Shown: in pieces, positions 47,714-57,880 of the stretch
Layout of the letters: every line of letters starts with the position of its first letter
How positions within the stretch are numbered: position 1 is the stretch's first letter
DNA from: Vicinamibacteria bacterium
Lineage (GTDB): Bacteria; Acidobacteriota; Vicinamibacteria; Marinacidobacterales; Marinacidobacteraceae
Length of the DNA stretch: 64,000 bases
Assembly: GCA_963555995.3 (NCBI GenBank)
Contig: OY821641.1
Span: 1,504,001-1,568,000 of the forward strand
Direction: 5' to 3'
Translations under genes and position numbers: made by a program
The notes under the pieces: generated by a model
Seen by the model: the letters and a program-made list of their open reading frames with translations, nothing else
Told to the model about the DNA's origin: nothing
Database searches by the model: none

Positions 47714-48774
47714 GGAACCGTGCTGTGGGCGGCGACCGTGCTCTTGTCGCCGAGGACCGCTCCCGAGAGCCGGGCTCCCGGGCCCACGAAGCTGCTGACT
47801 CCGACAATCGTGCCCGACACCGCCGCTTCCTCGCTGATGCGGGTGTGCGCCCACAGGATCGAGTCCTTCACCCGGGCGCCCTTCTCGACCCGAACCTGGC
47901 GCCCGAGCACCGCGTAGGGACCGATTTCGGCCCCTTCGCGAACCTGTGCCCCGGGGCCCACGAGCGATGGGCCCACGAGGCGGGCGCGCGGGTGGACGGA
48001 GGCGGTTTCGTCCACGATGACTCCCCCTGGATTGGGCCGCCCCACTCCCGGAATCCGTATCTTGCCGTCGAGGGCGTCCCGGTGGGCCTGCCGGTAGCGC
48101 GAAGGAACGCCGATATCCGTGAAGTAGCCCTCGTGCCGGTGCGCCGCGACCGGACGGCCGGCCGCCAGCACGGCGGGGAAGACCTCGTGTTCGAGCGAGC
48201 ACGCGCCCCGGCCGGGGACGAACTCGAAGATGCCCGGATCCATGACGTAGGCGCCGATGCTGATCTCGCCCGATCCCGGCGAATCCGGCTTCTCGGTGAA
48301 GTCGAGGACACGGCGGGTCTCCCCGGCCCGGGACGCTTCGGTCCGGACCATTCCGTAGGGCGAACCGTCGGCCACCGGCGTCAGCGCGAGCGTGAGCAGG
48401 GCGCCGGCGGATTCGTGGCTCCGGACGAGCGCGCGAAGGTCGAGATCGGTCAGCGAGTCGCCGTTCAGGCACACGAAGGGTTCGGAGAGCAGGGACCTCA
48501 CGTGTCCGATGGCGCCACCCGTACCGAGGGGCTTCGGCTCCACCGAGTATCGGAGAGAAACGCCGAACGCGTTCCCGTCCCCGAAGGTGGCCTCGATCCG
48601 CCGGGGGAGCGAGGCCAGGCAGAGAATGACGTCGCTGATTCCCGCGCGCCGGAGCAGTTCGAACTGGGTTGCGAGGAAGGGACGGCCAAGGAGAGGGACG
48701 ATCGCCTTGGGACGGCGGAACGTGAGGGGGCGCAGCCGCAGCGCTTTTCCCCCGATGAGAATGACCGCCTTCAT
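47698..48774 (-). CDS. NDP-sugar pyrophosphorylase (mannose-1-phosphate guanylyltransferase-like) with left-handed beta-helix
   Basis: GGKALRLRPLT..RPK, EPKPLGTGG, NGD, EKP, hexapeptide repeats. Confidence 0.88.
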   Translation of the reverse strand: MKAVILIGGKALRLRPLTFRRPKAIVPLLGRPFLATQFELLRRAGISDVILCLASLPRRIEATFGDGNAFGVSLRYSVEPKPLGTGGAIGHVRSLLSEPFVCLNGDSLTDLDLRALVRSHESAGALLTLALTPVADGSPYGMVRTEASRAGETRRVLDFTEKPDSPGSGEISIGAYVMDPGIFEFVPGRGACSLEHEVFPAVLAAGRPVAAHRHEGYFTDIGVPSRYRQAHRDALDGKIRIPGVGRPNPGGVIVDETASVHPRARLVGPSLVGPGAQVREGAEIGPYAVLGRQVRVEKGARVKDSILWAHTRISEEAAVSGTIVGVSSFVGPGARLSGAVLGDKSTVAAHSTVPWLDD

Positions 48775-48879
48775 CGAACAGTCGGACAGGATACTGCCCC
48801 GGGGCTCCGGCGGCCCGCTGCTGATAGCATCCCGTTCCGCGCTGCGGGCGCGGAGAATTCCTTCGAACGTGTACCGGAG

Positions 48880-49413
48880 ATGAGCGTTGCGAACCGCCTC
48901 ACGCTACTGCGGATTCTGCTGACGCCGCTGGTGGCGGCGGCTCTGCTCGCCTCGTTCCCCGGCTGGCAGCTCGTGAGCGCGGGTCTCGTGGCCGGCGGGG
49001 CGCTCACCGATCTGCTCGACGGGCATATCGCCCGCCGCCGGAACCAGATCACGGCGCTCGGAACCCTGCTGGACCCGATCGCGGACAAGTTCTTCATTTC
49101 CACGATCTTCATCTGCCTGGTGGCTCGGGGGCTCTGTCCCGCCTGGGTCGCGATCGTGATCGTGGGACGGGAGTTCGCGGTGACGGCGCTCCGGATGGTG
49201 GCGCTCCAGCGGGGGAGCAGCGTGCCGGTCAATCTGCTCGGGAAGATCAAGATGCACGCTCAGGTGTACGCCGCCCTCCTGGTGCTCGCCGGCGCCTTCT
49301 ATGAGGTGCTGGCTCCCTTCGGGGCGCCGGGTCTCTGGATCGCGGCTCTCCTTACCGCGTGGTCCGGCTTCTCCTACTTCGCCGGAGCGCGAAGCGTCGC
49401 GCTCTCTGGCTGA
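48880..49413 (+). CDS. pgsA: CDP-diacylglycerol--glycerol-3-phosphate 3-phosphatidyltransferase
   Basis: ANRLTLLR, DLLDGHIAR...G..LDPIADK. Confidence 0.9.
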   Translation: MSVANRLTLLRILLTPLVAAALLASFPGWQLVSAGLVAGGALTDLLDGHIARRRNQITALGTLLDPIADKFFISTIFICLVARGLCPAWVAIVIVGREFAVTALRMVALQRGSSVPVNLLGKIKMHAQVYAALLVLAGAFYEVLAPFGAPGLWIAALLTAWSGFSYFAGARSVALSG

Positions 49414-49429
49414 CCCGAGCGCCGGCGGG

Positions 49430-49897
49430 GTGAGTCCGGCCCCGCGTCGCCTCGTGCACGCACTGCCCGAAGTGTTCCTGGGCGCGGACGCCGTGGCCGG
49501 TCTGGATGGGTCCCGGGGGTTCCTGGTGGGAGAGAAACGCCACCGCCAGGTGGATGTCCTGGGGTTCGAACCGGCAGCCGGGGCGGCGCGAGGTTCGCGG
49601 GCGCTCGCAGTTCTGGTGCAGGGCAGACTCGACCGGTCCGAGATTCAGGGATGGCGCATCGTCGGGGTGGCGGTGGCGATGGCGGACATCGAACGTGGCG
49701 GGGAAACGCTGCTGGAGGGCCTGGTGGCGGGTGATGTCGTGATTGCCGCCGGCGCTGCCGGCCCCGGTCGGCGGCCGGCACTCAGGATCCTGGTCCATCG
49801 GGGAGACTGCCTGACGGAGTTGAGGAACCCGTCCCGCTCCAACTCGGAGCGCCGGCCTCCGGCGGGCATCACCGAGCGCGGCGAGGCGAAACGCTGA
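49430..49897 (+). CDS. hypothetical protein, weak resemblance to a non-catalytic MPN/JAB fold
   Basis: Open frame with mostly G/C third positions fills the gap after pgsA; GFLVG...V.VLGF.P...GWRIVGV pattern. Confidence 0.5.
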   Translation: MSPAPRRLVHALPEVFLGADAVAGLDGSRGFLVGEKRHRQVDVLGFEPAAGAARGSRALAVLVQGRLDRSEIQGWRIVGVAVAMADIERGGETLLEGLVAGDVVIAAGAAGPGRRPALRILVHRGDCLTELRNPSRSNSERRPPAGITERGEAKR

Positions 49898-49903
49898 CGA
49901 CTA

Positions 49904-50084
49904 ACAGCCGGTGGTGAAACCCACGTGAGCGCCGAGAGTGGCGAGGCGCCCGACTGACAAGGCGCGTGAGGGAGGAATACCGGGTGTATTCCGACCGAAA
50001 CGCAACGCAGAGCGGCTCGGAGAGGCGCGGTTCAGGCGGGATGCATCGCCGCTCGAACGCCGCGAGGGTTTTGCCACAGGCTGT
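49904..50084 (-). mobile_element. 181-bp MITE-like element, copy E
   Basis: Reverse-orientation copy, TA-flanked, begins at the bamD stop. Confidence 0.85.
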
Positions 50085-50890
50085 TAAGTGCGGGCGAGAA
50101 TCTCCCGAATCCGTTCGCGGGCCGCTTCCGTGAAGGGGCTCCCGGAGTGCTCTTCCACGATCTTCTGGTAGTGGACCAGCGCCTCCTGTTCGCGGCCGCA
50201 CTCGGTGAGCGCCCGGCCCAGCCGGTGGCGGACCTCGGCGAGGCGGTCGAATTCGGGGTAGTTCGTCAGGATCTCCTCGAGCCGGGGAATGGCGCCCCGG
50301 CACCAATTCCGGTGGTCCTGGTAGAACTCCGCCTTCAGCAGCACGGAGGTGGCGAGGTCGTTCCGGCAGTCCACGAGGTGGCCCCGCGCCTCTTCCGCAT
50401 AGCGGGAGTTGGGGTAGAGCTCGAGCAGCTTCTCGAACTCGGTCGCCGCCAGTTCGGTGTCTTCCTGATCCCGGTCGGCGCTGCGGCGCCGCTTGAAGTG
50501 CCCGAACGCGATCTGGAACTGCGCGTAGTCCGCTCGCGGATGGTTCGGGAAAAAGGTGAGGTAGTCCCGGTACTCGGTGGCCGCCAACAGCGCGTTCTGG
50601 GCGCCGCGCTGGTTGTTGTAGGTGTCTGCGATCCCGAGACGGGCATCCCCGGCGAACTGGCTGCGCGGGTAGCTGTCGAGCAACTGGCGAAACCAGGTGC
50701 GGGCTGTCTCCCAATCGCGGTCCTCGAGGCTCTGCTGCCCGAGCGCCAGCAGCCGCCGGTCGGCCTGCGCTCCGGTCGGAACCTCCGCCAGCGGCCCGGA
50801 ACTGCACGCGAGAGCCGCCAGGACGACGGCTCCCGCCAGGGCGGGGGTCAGGGAGGTCCGGCGGACGGAACCGGCGGGGTCAGGAACCAT
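50084..50890 (-). CDS. bamD: outer membrane protein assembly lipoprotein BamD
   Basis: LALAC lipobox, TPR-like repeats (YPRS, FFPNHPRADYA, YPNSRY). Confidence 0.88.
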   Translation of the reverse strand: MVPDPAGSVRRTSLTPALAGAVVLAALACSSGPLAEVPTGAQADRRLLALGQQSLEDRDWETARTWFRQLLDSYPRSQFAGDARLGIADTYNNQRGAQNALLAATEYRDYLTFFPNHPRADYAQFQIAFGHFKRRRSADRDQEDTELAATEFEKLLELYPNSRYAEEARGHLVDCRNDLATSVLLKAEFYQDHRNWCRGAIPRLEEILTNYPEFDRLAEVRHRLGRALTECGREQEALVHYQKIVEEHSGSPFTEAARERIREILART

Positions 50891-50921
50891 GCAACACAGT
50901 GGAAGGGCCGCAGCCGACGAA

Positions 50922-50950
50922 ATGCTAGCAACCTGTGGACGAAGTCACGC
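50922..50950. repeat. solo terminal remnant of the 181-bp element family
   Basis: CTAGCAACCTGTGGACGAAGTCACGC vs copy A CTAGCAGCCTGTGGACAAAGTCACGC (2 mismatches in 26). Confidence 0.65.
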
Positions 50951-51589
50951 CGCGAGCATCTCCCGAACCGCCGCGGCGGGATCGGCCGCCCCGAACACCG
51001 CCGATCCCGCCACCAGCACGTCGGCTCCCGCGTCGCGGGCCGCTGCCACCCGGGAGGCGTTGATTCCGCCGTCCACCACGATTTCGAGGGATGGGTTGCG
51101 TCGTTCCGCGAGGCTCCGGACCTGGCGGACGCGGTCCATGCTGCCTTCGATGAAGCGCTGCCCACCCCACCCCGGGTTGACGGACATGACGATCACGTAG
51201 TCCACGGCCGCCAGCGCCTCCTCGAGCGATGCCAGCGGGGAGAGCGGGTTCAGGGCCAGTCCGGGCCGGACGTCGAGGGAGCGGAGGTCGGAAACCGTCT
51301 TGTGGAGATGGGGCACGGCCTCCGGATGCACCGCGATCGCATCCGCGCCCGCTTCCGCGTAGGCCGCGATGTGTTCCGGGGCGTTCTCGATCATCAGGTG
51401 GGCGTCGAGCGGCAGGTCCGTGCAGCGGCGGACCGCCGCCACCACCATCGGCCCGAAGGTCAGGTTGGGGACGTAGTGCCCATCCATGACGTCGAGGTGC
51501 AACCCGTGCGCCCCGGCCTCTTCCACCGTCCGGATCTCTTCCGCCAGCCGCGTGAAGTCGGCGGAGAGCAGCGAGGGAGTGAGCCGCAT
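50945..51589 (-). CDS. rpe: ribulose-phosphate 3-epimerase
   Basis: PSLLSADF, HLDVMDGHYVPN, MSVNPG, VDGGI. Confidence 0.96.
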   Translation of the reverse strand: MRLTPSLLSADFTRLAEEIRTVEEAGAHGLHLDVMDGHYVPNLTFGPMVVAAVRRCTDLPLDAHLMIENAPEHIAAYAEAGADAIAVHPEAVPHLHKTVSDLRSLDVRPGLALNPLSPLASLEEALAAVDYVIVMSVNPGWGGQRFIEGSMDRVRQVRSLAERRNPSLEIVVDGGINASRVAAARDAGADVLVAGSAVFGAADPAAAVREMLAA

Positions 51590-51602
51590 CCGATGCGTGA
51601 AT

Positions 51603-52367
51603 TTACCGGCTCAGGGTGAGCACGATCCGGTCGGTACGGCTTACCTTGGCGCCCGCCGCGGGCACCTGGTCCACGACGATGCCCGCCGGAACCCCCCGGT
51701 AGGGGACGCTCCGGACATCGCGCACGCGGACGGCGCTCCGGCTCAGGTCATCGGCGATCTCCCCGTAGCGGCGGCCGATGAAATCCGGCATGACGAAGGA
51801 CTCGGGCTCCGATCCGGCGGAGAGGAGCACCGAGACCGACGTGTCGGGAACCGTCTCGCTGTAGGCGACCGGGGACTGGGCGATGACCCGGCCGGCGAGA
51901 TAGGTGTCGCTCTCCACCTCGGCCACGCGGCCCACGGCGAGTTCGGCGGCTTCGAGCTGCCGCCGGGCTTCGGTGAGGGTACTGCCCTCGAGCCGCGGAA
52001 CGACTCGTCGGGTGGGCCCGAGGCTCCGGAACACCTGGACGGAACGCCCGCGTTTGAAGAACGATCCCGGAGGGGGTTCCTGGAAGACGATGCGGCCTTC
52101 CGGAACGTGGTCATCGAAACGGGCCTGGCCCTCCGCGAGCCGCAGCCCCACGCTGCCGAGCACGGCTTCGGCGGCCGCCACTTCGAGGCCGGTGAGATCC
52201 GGGACGGTGGGGTCCGCGGCGGAGGAGGCAACCAGGAAGGTCGCCGCGGCGGCGAAGGCGAAGGTGGCGCCGAGCAGCGACCCGATCAGGAGGTAGTAGA
52301 GACCGCGCGACAGGCGTGAGGTGGAGGGTTTCCCGCCGCGCGCCCAGCGGATCCGGAGACTGCCCAA
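51603..52367 (-). CDS. membrane protein with three PASTA domains
   Basis: TM followed by VPDLTG, VPRLEG, MPDFIG repeats. Confidence 0.85.
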   Translation of the reverse strand: MGSLRIRWARGGKPSTSRLSRGLYYLLIGSLLGATFAFAAAATFLVASSAADPTVPDLTGLEVAAAEAVLGSVGLRLAEGQARFDDHVPEGRIVFQEPPPGSFFKRGRSVQVFRSLGPTRRVVPRLEGSTLTEARRQLEAAELAVGRVAEVESDTYLAGRVIAQSPVAYSETVPDTSVSVLLSAGSEPESFVMPDFIGRRYGEIADDLSRSAVRVRDVRSVPYRGVPAGIVVDQVPAAGAKVSRTDRIVLTLSR

Positions 52368-52457
52368 GGTGTCGGTACCTGCCGGAAGTGTAGTGTCGCC
52401 GGGGGTTCCGCGAACGGACCGCGCGCTGGCTCGGGCGGCCGCCCGGTTCGGACTCCC

Positions 52458-53879
52458 TCAGCCGTCCGTGCGCTGCACGAGCGCCGCGAAATACCCATCG
52501 GTTCCGTGCGCTTCGGGGGCGATCCGGAGTGCGCCGGTGTCGTCCACGAGGGGGGCCAGGGCTTCGGGCAGGCGGTCCGCGAGGGAGAGCTGCCGGAGGC
52601 CGGGTCTTCCGGAGAGCAGGCCGCGGACCGCCTCGGTCGTCTCCTCCGGCTCGAGCGAGCAGGCCGAGTAGAGCAGCATGCCGCCGGCGGCGAGAAGGTC
52701 CGCGGCCGCCCGGGCGATGCGGCCGGCGGTCTCCGCGAGCTCCCGAATGCGCGCGGGAGAAGCGGTCCACTTGATGTCGGGATTCCGCGCCAGGGTTCCG
52801 AGGCCGCTACAGGGGACGTCCAGGAGGATCCGGTCGAACGTTGCCGCCGCGAAGGGAGGACGGGCGGCGTCGGCGGCGAGCCGCAGCACGTTCCCGGCCG
52901 CGAGGCGGCGGACCGTCGCGTCCAGCAGGTTCACCCGGCGCGGCCGGAGGTCGGCGGCGATCAGTGGCCGCGGTTCGATCCGCTCGGCGAGGATGGCGGC
53001 TTTCCCGCCGGGAGCGGCGCAGGCATCGAGACACCGGCGCGCCCCGTCCACGGGAAGCAGCCAGGCCATGAGCTGCGACCCCGCGTCCTGCAGGTGAATC
53101 GCGCCCTCCCGGTACAGCGACGCATCCTGGGGGTTTCCGCTGACGACCCGGAGACAGCGGGGAGCGATCGGGAAACGCTCGGTCTCCACGCCCTCCTGCG
53201 CGAGCCGTTTCCTGACTTCCTCGAGGGCCAGCCGCCGGCCCACGCGCAGGAAGGCCGCCGGGGAGCGGTTGCCGGCCGTGAGCCTCCGTTTGGCGCCTTC
53301 GGGTCCGAGTTGCCCCAGACAGCGGTCCACCATCCAGTCCGGATAGGACAGCCCGGCGCGCAGATAGAGGTCCCGGTCGCCGCCGGGGCGGGGCCACGGG
53401 TGGTCGGCCCTGAGGTAGGCGCGGAGCACGGCGTTGACCAGACCGGCCGCCCCGGGCCGGGCGGAAGCGGCGGCGAGGGAGACGGACTCGTGGACCGCGG
53501 CGCTGGCCGGCACCCGGTCCAGGTAGCGAAGCTGGTAGAGGCCGAGCCGGAGCGCGATCCGCACCGGGAGGTCGAGTTTGCCGACCGGCCGGTGCGAGTA
53601 GCTGTCGAGGGCGTAGTCGAGGGAGCGCCTCCAGCGCAGCACCCCGAACACGAGTTCTCTGGCGAGCGCCCGGTCGCGATCGTTCGGCGGCTGCCCCCCA
53701 GCGTCCTCCAGGCGGGCGATCAGCGCGTCGGGACGGGGTGGATGGGGCCGCTCCCGGGTGGGTTCCAGCCGCAGGAGAACCGCGAAGGCGGCCCGCCGGG
53801 CGGGGGAGGCCAGGCGGGAGGCCGGGGCGGGTCCCCCTCGTGCGCGCCGGCCCGTCTTCTTTCGGGGTGCTCCGGGCAT
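52458..53879 (-). CDS. rsmB: 16S rRNA m5C967 methyltransferase RsmB
   Basis: NusB-like N-terminus, QDAGSQ, DACAAPGGK, DVPCSGLG, YSACS. Confidence 0.93.
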   Translation of the reverse strand: MPGAPRKKTGRRARGGPAPASRLASPARRAAFAVLLRLEPTRERPHPPRPDALIARLEDAGGQPPNDRDRALARELVFGVLRWRRSLDYALDSYSHRPVGKLDLPVRIALRLGLYQLRYLDRVPASAAVHESVSLAAASARPGAAGLVNAVLRAYLRADHPWPRPGGDRDLYLRAGLSYPDWMVDRCLGQLGPEGAKRRLTAGNRSPAAFLRVGRRLALEEVRKRLAQEGVETERFPIAPRCLRVVSGNPQDASLYREGAIHLQDAGSQLMAWLLPVDGARRCLDACAAPGGKAAILAERIEPRPLIAADLRPRRVNLLDATVRRLAAGNVLRLAADAARPPFAAATFDRILLDVPCSGLGTLARNPDIKWTASPARIRELAETAGRIARAAADLLAAGGMLLYSACSLEPEETTEAVRGLLSGRPGLRQLSLADRLPEALAPLVDDTGALRIAPEAHGTDGYFAALVQRTDG

Positions 53880-53880
53880 T

Positions 53881-54774
53881 TCAGTGGCAGGCGGCGATGA
53901 CTGCCGAGAGCGCCTGCGGATCGTCGGTGAGGATGCCGTCCACTCCCAGCGCGAGCAGGCGCTGCATGTCTTCGGCCCGGTTCACGGTCCAGACGAACAC
54001 CGGAAGGCCGGCCCGGCGCGCGGAGCGCAGCAGCCGGGGGGTCACCACCCGGACGGGGCCGCTGGTTTCGCTCACGAGAAGCGCATCGAACGGGGGGGCG
54101 TAGAGGCCGGCCAGCTGCCCGAGGGACATGGCGAGGAAGACCACGACCTCTCCGAAGGAGCCTCCGGTGGCAACGGCGGGACAGGCGCCGCGGAAGCGCT
54201 CCAGGGACTCGCCCCCGAAAGCGGCCACCAGGGTCCGGTCCTCTCTCCCCGCTTCCCGGATCGCCCGGCAGAGCGGCTCCGCGGTGTCCAGGGTCTTCAT
54301 CTCGACGACGAAGGGAACATCCGGATGGGCGGTCTGGACTTCCTCGAAGGTCGGGATGGACAGGCGTTCCGCGCGATAGGGAAAACTTCCGTCGGGCGCC
54401 CGGAAACGGTGGCCGGCGTTCAGGGAGCGCAGTTCCTCGAGGCGCAGTTCCCCGACCGCGCCGCTCCCGTCGGTGGTGCGGTCCACCGTGCTGTCGTGGA
54501 TCACGACCAGCGCGCCGTCGGCGGTCAGTCGGACGTCCATTTCGAGGACGTCCGCCCCCGCCCGGACAGCGGCCCCGAACGCCGCCAGCGTGGCCTCGGG
54601 CGCCAGCATGCCACCTCCCCGGTGAGCGACGTTCCGGACCGGCGCGGTGAAGAAGTCATGCACCGGTCTCGGAGGGCGCGTGCTCGCCACCAGAACCAGC
54701 ACCCCGTAGGCGGCGGCCAGAATTCCCAGGGTTCCGACCAGGAAGAACGCGAGGCGTCGGAGCCGCGGGTGCAT
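53881..54774 (-). CDS. glycerophosphodiester phosphodiesterase
   Basis: AHRGG..APEAT, EMDV, HD...RTT, WTVN, GILTD. Confidence 0.9.
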   Translation of the reverse strand: MHPRLRRLAFFLVGTLGILAAAYGVLVLVASTRPPRPVHDFFTAPVRNVAHRGGGMLAPEATLAAFGAAVRAGADVLEMDVRLTADGALVVIHDSTVDRTTDGSGAVGELRLEELRSLNAGHRFRAPDGSFPYRAERLSIPTFEEVQTAHPDVPFVVEMKTLDTAEPLCRAIREAGREDRTLVAAFGGESLERFRGACPAVATGGSFGEVVVFLAMSLGQLAGLYAPPFDALLVSETSGPVRVVTPRLLRSARRAGLPVFVWTVNRAEDMQRLLALGVDGILTDDPQALSAVIAACH

Positions 54775-54776
54775 CG

Positions 54777-55787
54777 CTATCCGGATTCCGTCAGCCGGAC
54801 CGCCTCGGCGGCGCTCGCGAAACGGCCGGCGGGAGGGACGGCGTTCCCCTGCAGGAAGGGGGCGATGGGGAGCCGGCGGCGTCCCGCGGCCTGGACCTCG
54901 AGGGGCCAGAGCGCGGTGCCGCCCCCGCAGGCCACGACGAGGCGGGGCGCGCGCCGGCTGCCGGCGATCCGGAACGACCCCGGCGGCCGGCCCGTTTCCG
55001 GTGGACCGTCGTGGGCGGCGGCGCGGTGAATCCGGAGCGGGGCGGCGGCCCCGGACGTCCCGTCGCCGAGCGCCGTGAAGGCCACCGGAGCGGGAGAGAA
55101 GGCGCGCACCCGGCTCGCCAACGCCGGAGCCTCCAGTTCCCAGTCGAGGGCGGCGTCGGCCTTGCCGACCCGGGGGGCGAACGTGGCTGCATCGTCGTCC
55201 TGGGGGCGCGGAGTGATCCGTCGGGCCGCCAGCCCGGACAGGGTTTCGATCAGGAGTTCGGCGCCCAGGGGAGCCAGCCGGGCCAGGAGTTCACCCGCGG
55301 ATTCGTCATCGCCGATGTCCGTTTCCCGCTGGAGCAGGATCGGCCCGGTGTCGAGTCCGGTGTCCATGAGCATGGTCGTTACCCCGGTGCGGCGATAGCC
55401 GCGGGCCACCGCCCAGATCGCCGGGGCGGCGCCGCGGAGTTCGGGAAGCAGCGAGGCGTGGACGTTGACGGCCCCCAGCCGCGGCGCCGCCAGCAGGCGG
55501 GCGGAGAGGATCTGGCCGTAGTCGGCGACGACAAGAACATCGGGCTCGAGGTCCGCCACCGGTTCCCAGGCGCTCCGGCGCCGGATCCGTTCCGGTTGCC
55601 GGACCGGGATCCCGAACTCCTGCGCCCGGCGCTTGATCCGGCTGAGGCGGGGGCGGCGGCCTCGGCCCGCGGGCCGGTCCGGCTGGGTGAGCACCGCCAG
55701 TACCTGGTGACGGGCGTGCAGCGCGCCGAGCACCGGAACCGCGAAGGCCGAGGTCCCCAGGAAGACCACGCGGAGGCGCTCCACCAC
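54777..55787 (-). CDS. fmt: methionyl-tRNA formyltransferase
   Basis: TQPDRPAGRG, NVHASLLP..RGAAP, LDTGP. Confidence 0.95.
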   Translation of the reverse strand: MVERLRVVFLGTSAFAVPVLGALHARHQVLAVLTQPDRPAGRGRRPRLSRIKRRAQEFGIPVRQPERIRRRSAWEPVADLEPDVLVVADYGQILSARLLAAPRLGAVNVHASLLPELRGAAPAIWAVARGYRRTGVTTMLMDTGLDTGPILLQRETDIGDDESAGELLARLAPLGAELLIETLSGLAARRITPRPQDDDAATFAPRVGKADAALDWELEAPALASRVRAFSPAPVAFTALGDGTSGAAAPLRIHRAAAHDGPPETGRPPGSFRIAGSRRAPRLVVACGGGTALWPLEVQAAGRRRLPIAPFLQGNAVPPAGRFASAAEAVRLTESG

Positions 55788-55823
55788 CGTTCCTCCGCCA
55801 GCGCCGCGCCGGATCGCCGGGCG

Positions 55824-56336
55824 CTACCAGTCGCCGCGGCGCATGCGGCGGCGCAGCTTGCGAACGATGAGGTCCCGCTTGAGGAGTCCGAGCCGGTCCA
55901 GGAAGAGGCGGCCGTTGAGGTGGTCCACCTCGTGGGCGAACGCCCGGGCCAGCAGTCCTTCCCCCTCCATTTCGTAGGACGAACCGTCGAGACGTTGCCC
56001 GCGGACGCGGACCCACCGCGGCCGCCGGGTCACCCCCGAATACCCCGGCACGGAGAGGCATCCCTCCTCTTCGGACTGGCTCCCCTCCGATTCGAGGATC
56101 TCCGGATTGGCCATCACGATCAGCTCTCCGTCCTGCTCGCCGACCGTGATGTCAATCACCATCAGGCGGACTCCCACCCCGATCTGGGGCGCGGCAAGGC
56201 CGACTCCGGGGGCGGCGTACATGGTCGCCACCATGTCGTCCACCAGTTCCCGCCAGTTCCGGTCGAAGTCCTCGATGGGTTCGGAGGGAGTCGTGAGGGT
56301 GGAAGCCCCGTAGCGCAGGATCGGACGGACTGGCAA
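55824..56336 (-). CDS. def: peptide deformylase
   Basis: GVGLAAPQIG, EGCLS, HEVDH. Confidence 0.97.
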   Translation of the reverse strand: MPVRPILRYGASTLTTPSEPIEDFDRNWRELVDDMVATMYAAPGVGLAAPQIGVGVRLMVIDITVGEQDGELIVMANPEILESEGSQSEEEGCLSVPGYSGVTRRPRWVRVRGQRLDGSSYEMEGEGLLARAFAHEVDHLNGRLFLDRLGLLKRDLIVRKLRRRMRRGDW

Positions 56337-56408
56337 AACGGCTCGCGATTGTAGCCGTGGAACACCGGCGGATCCCCGAAAGTAGAATCGGCCCCGGAGG
56401 GGTCAGGA

Positions 56409-57446
56409 ATGAGGACGAAGAGGACAAGGACCGGGGCCGGAGTCCTGCTGTTCGCCGGTGTGGCGCTCGCGGCCGCGATCGGCTGGACGGCGGCGACGCC
56501 CGATGTCGCCGAAGAGATGATGGATCGGGCGCGGCACTTCCTGATGTCGCTCGACGCCGATCAGCGAGCCCAGGCGACGTTCGCGTTCGATGACGAGGAG
56601 CGGCTCAACTGGCACTTCATTCCGCGGGACCGGGAGGGCGTGCCGTACGGGGATTTCAGCCCACCCCAGCGCCGGCTCGCCGACCGCCTGCTCGGCACCG
56701 CGCTGAGCCACGACGGGATCAGCAAGGCGCTCGGCATCATGTACCTCGAACAGATCCTCTACGAGCGCGAAGGGCGCGACATCCGCGATTCCGACCGCTA
56801 CCACTTCACGGTCTTCGACGAGCCGTCGGAGTCGGGTCCCTGGGGCTGGCGCGTCGAGGGGCATCACCTGTCGCTCAACGTCACCCTCAGGGGAGGCGAG
56901 GTGGTCGCGGCGCCGGCGTTCATGGGCAGCAATCCGGCGGTCGTGGACGAAGGCCGGCACACCGGTCTCGAGGTGCTCGCCGCGGAACAGACGGTTGCGA
57001 GGGAACTGCTCGGACTCTTCGCGGGCGAGGCGCGCGAGCAGGTCATCTTTGATGCCGAGGCGCCGCCCGACATCCTGACCGGCACGGATCGGATCGCCGA
57101 TCCCGGAGACCCGCTGGGGCTCGCGATCGGAGGCATGACGGACGAGCAGGGCGAGAAGGTCGTCGAGCTGATCCAGGTCTACCTGGGCCGGATGCGGCTC
57201 GATCTCGCGAAGGCGGAGTTCGAGCGGATCACCGCGGCCGGCCTGCGCGACATCCACTTCGCGTGGGCCGGGAGCGCCGCGCCCGGCGAGCCGCACTACT
57301 ACCGGATCCACGGCCCGACCTTCCTCATCGAGTACGACAACACCCAGAACGGCGCGAACCACATCCACTCGGTGTGGCGCGACCTGACCGGCGACTTCGG
57401 CCGGGACCTCCTCGCCGAGCACTACGAGGCCGCCCACTCCCACTAG
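56409..57446 (+). CDS. exported DUF3500-family protein
   Basis: Signal peptide, [35 protein letters not shown]. Confidence 0.82.
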   Translation: MRTKRTRTGAGVLLFAGVALAAAIGWTAATPDVAEEMMDRARHFLMSLDADQRAQATFAFDDEERLNWHFIPRDREGVPYGDFSPPQRRLADRLLGTALSHDGISKALGIMYLEQILYEREGRDIRDSDRYHFTVFDEPSESGPWGWRVEGHHLSLNVTLRGGEVVAAPAFMGSNPAVVDEGRHTGLEVLAAEQTVARELLGLFAGEAREQVIFDAEAPPDILTGTDRIADPGDPLGLAIGGMTDEQGEKVVELIQVYLGRMRLDLAKAEFERITAAGLRDIHFAWAGSAAPGEPHYYRIHGPTFLIEYDNTQNGANHIHSVWRDLTGDFGRDLLAEHYEAAHSH

Positions 57447-57473
57447 ACACGGTTCAGGGCGCTTCCCCCCCAG

Positions 57474-57702
57474 GATGACGCCCACGGCCTGGAACGCCGG
57501 TCTCCAGACCGGCACGCGCGGTGCTCCGCATCGCGCAGGGCGCGACTTCCACACGCAGGGTGCTTCTATCCTGCTCGTTCACCTGAACGAACTGGAGGTC
57601 GCCGTACGGCGTCCCGTGAAGGCGGACAGCGTCACGTCGGCCGCGGGCCTTCGGCCCGCTGTGCCGGTCTGGAGACCGGCGTTCCAAGCCGTGGGCGCCA
57701 TC
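57474..57702. repeat. REP-like inverted pair (family 2)
   Basis: 42-bp inverted repeat with 2 mismatches at 57474-57515 and 57661-57702; core GGAACGCCGGTCTCCAGACCGGCAC. Confidence 0.8.
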
Positions 57703-57880
57703 TCCGCTCTGGAGCTCCACGCCGTGACAGGAGCCACCCGTTCCGGGTGGGATTGCGGCGTGCGCGGCGCTCCGCGCCGCGCACGGCGTGACCCCTGTAC
57801 ACCCTCACGGCGCGGACGACTTCGAGCAGCGACCGGAGCTCCCCTCGCCGACCCCCTGTTCCTATACTCCGGGCGACGCG

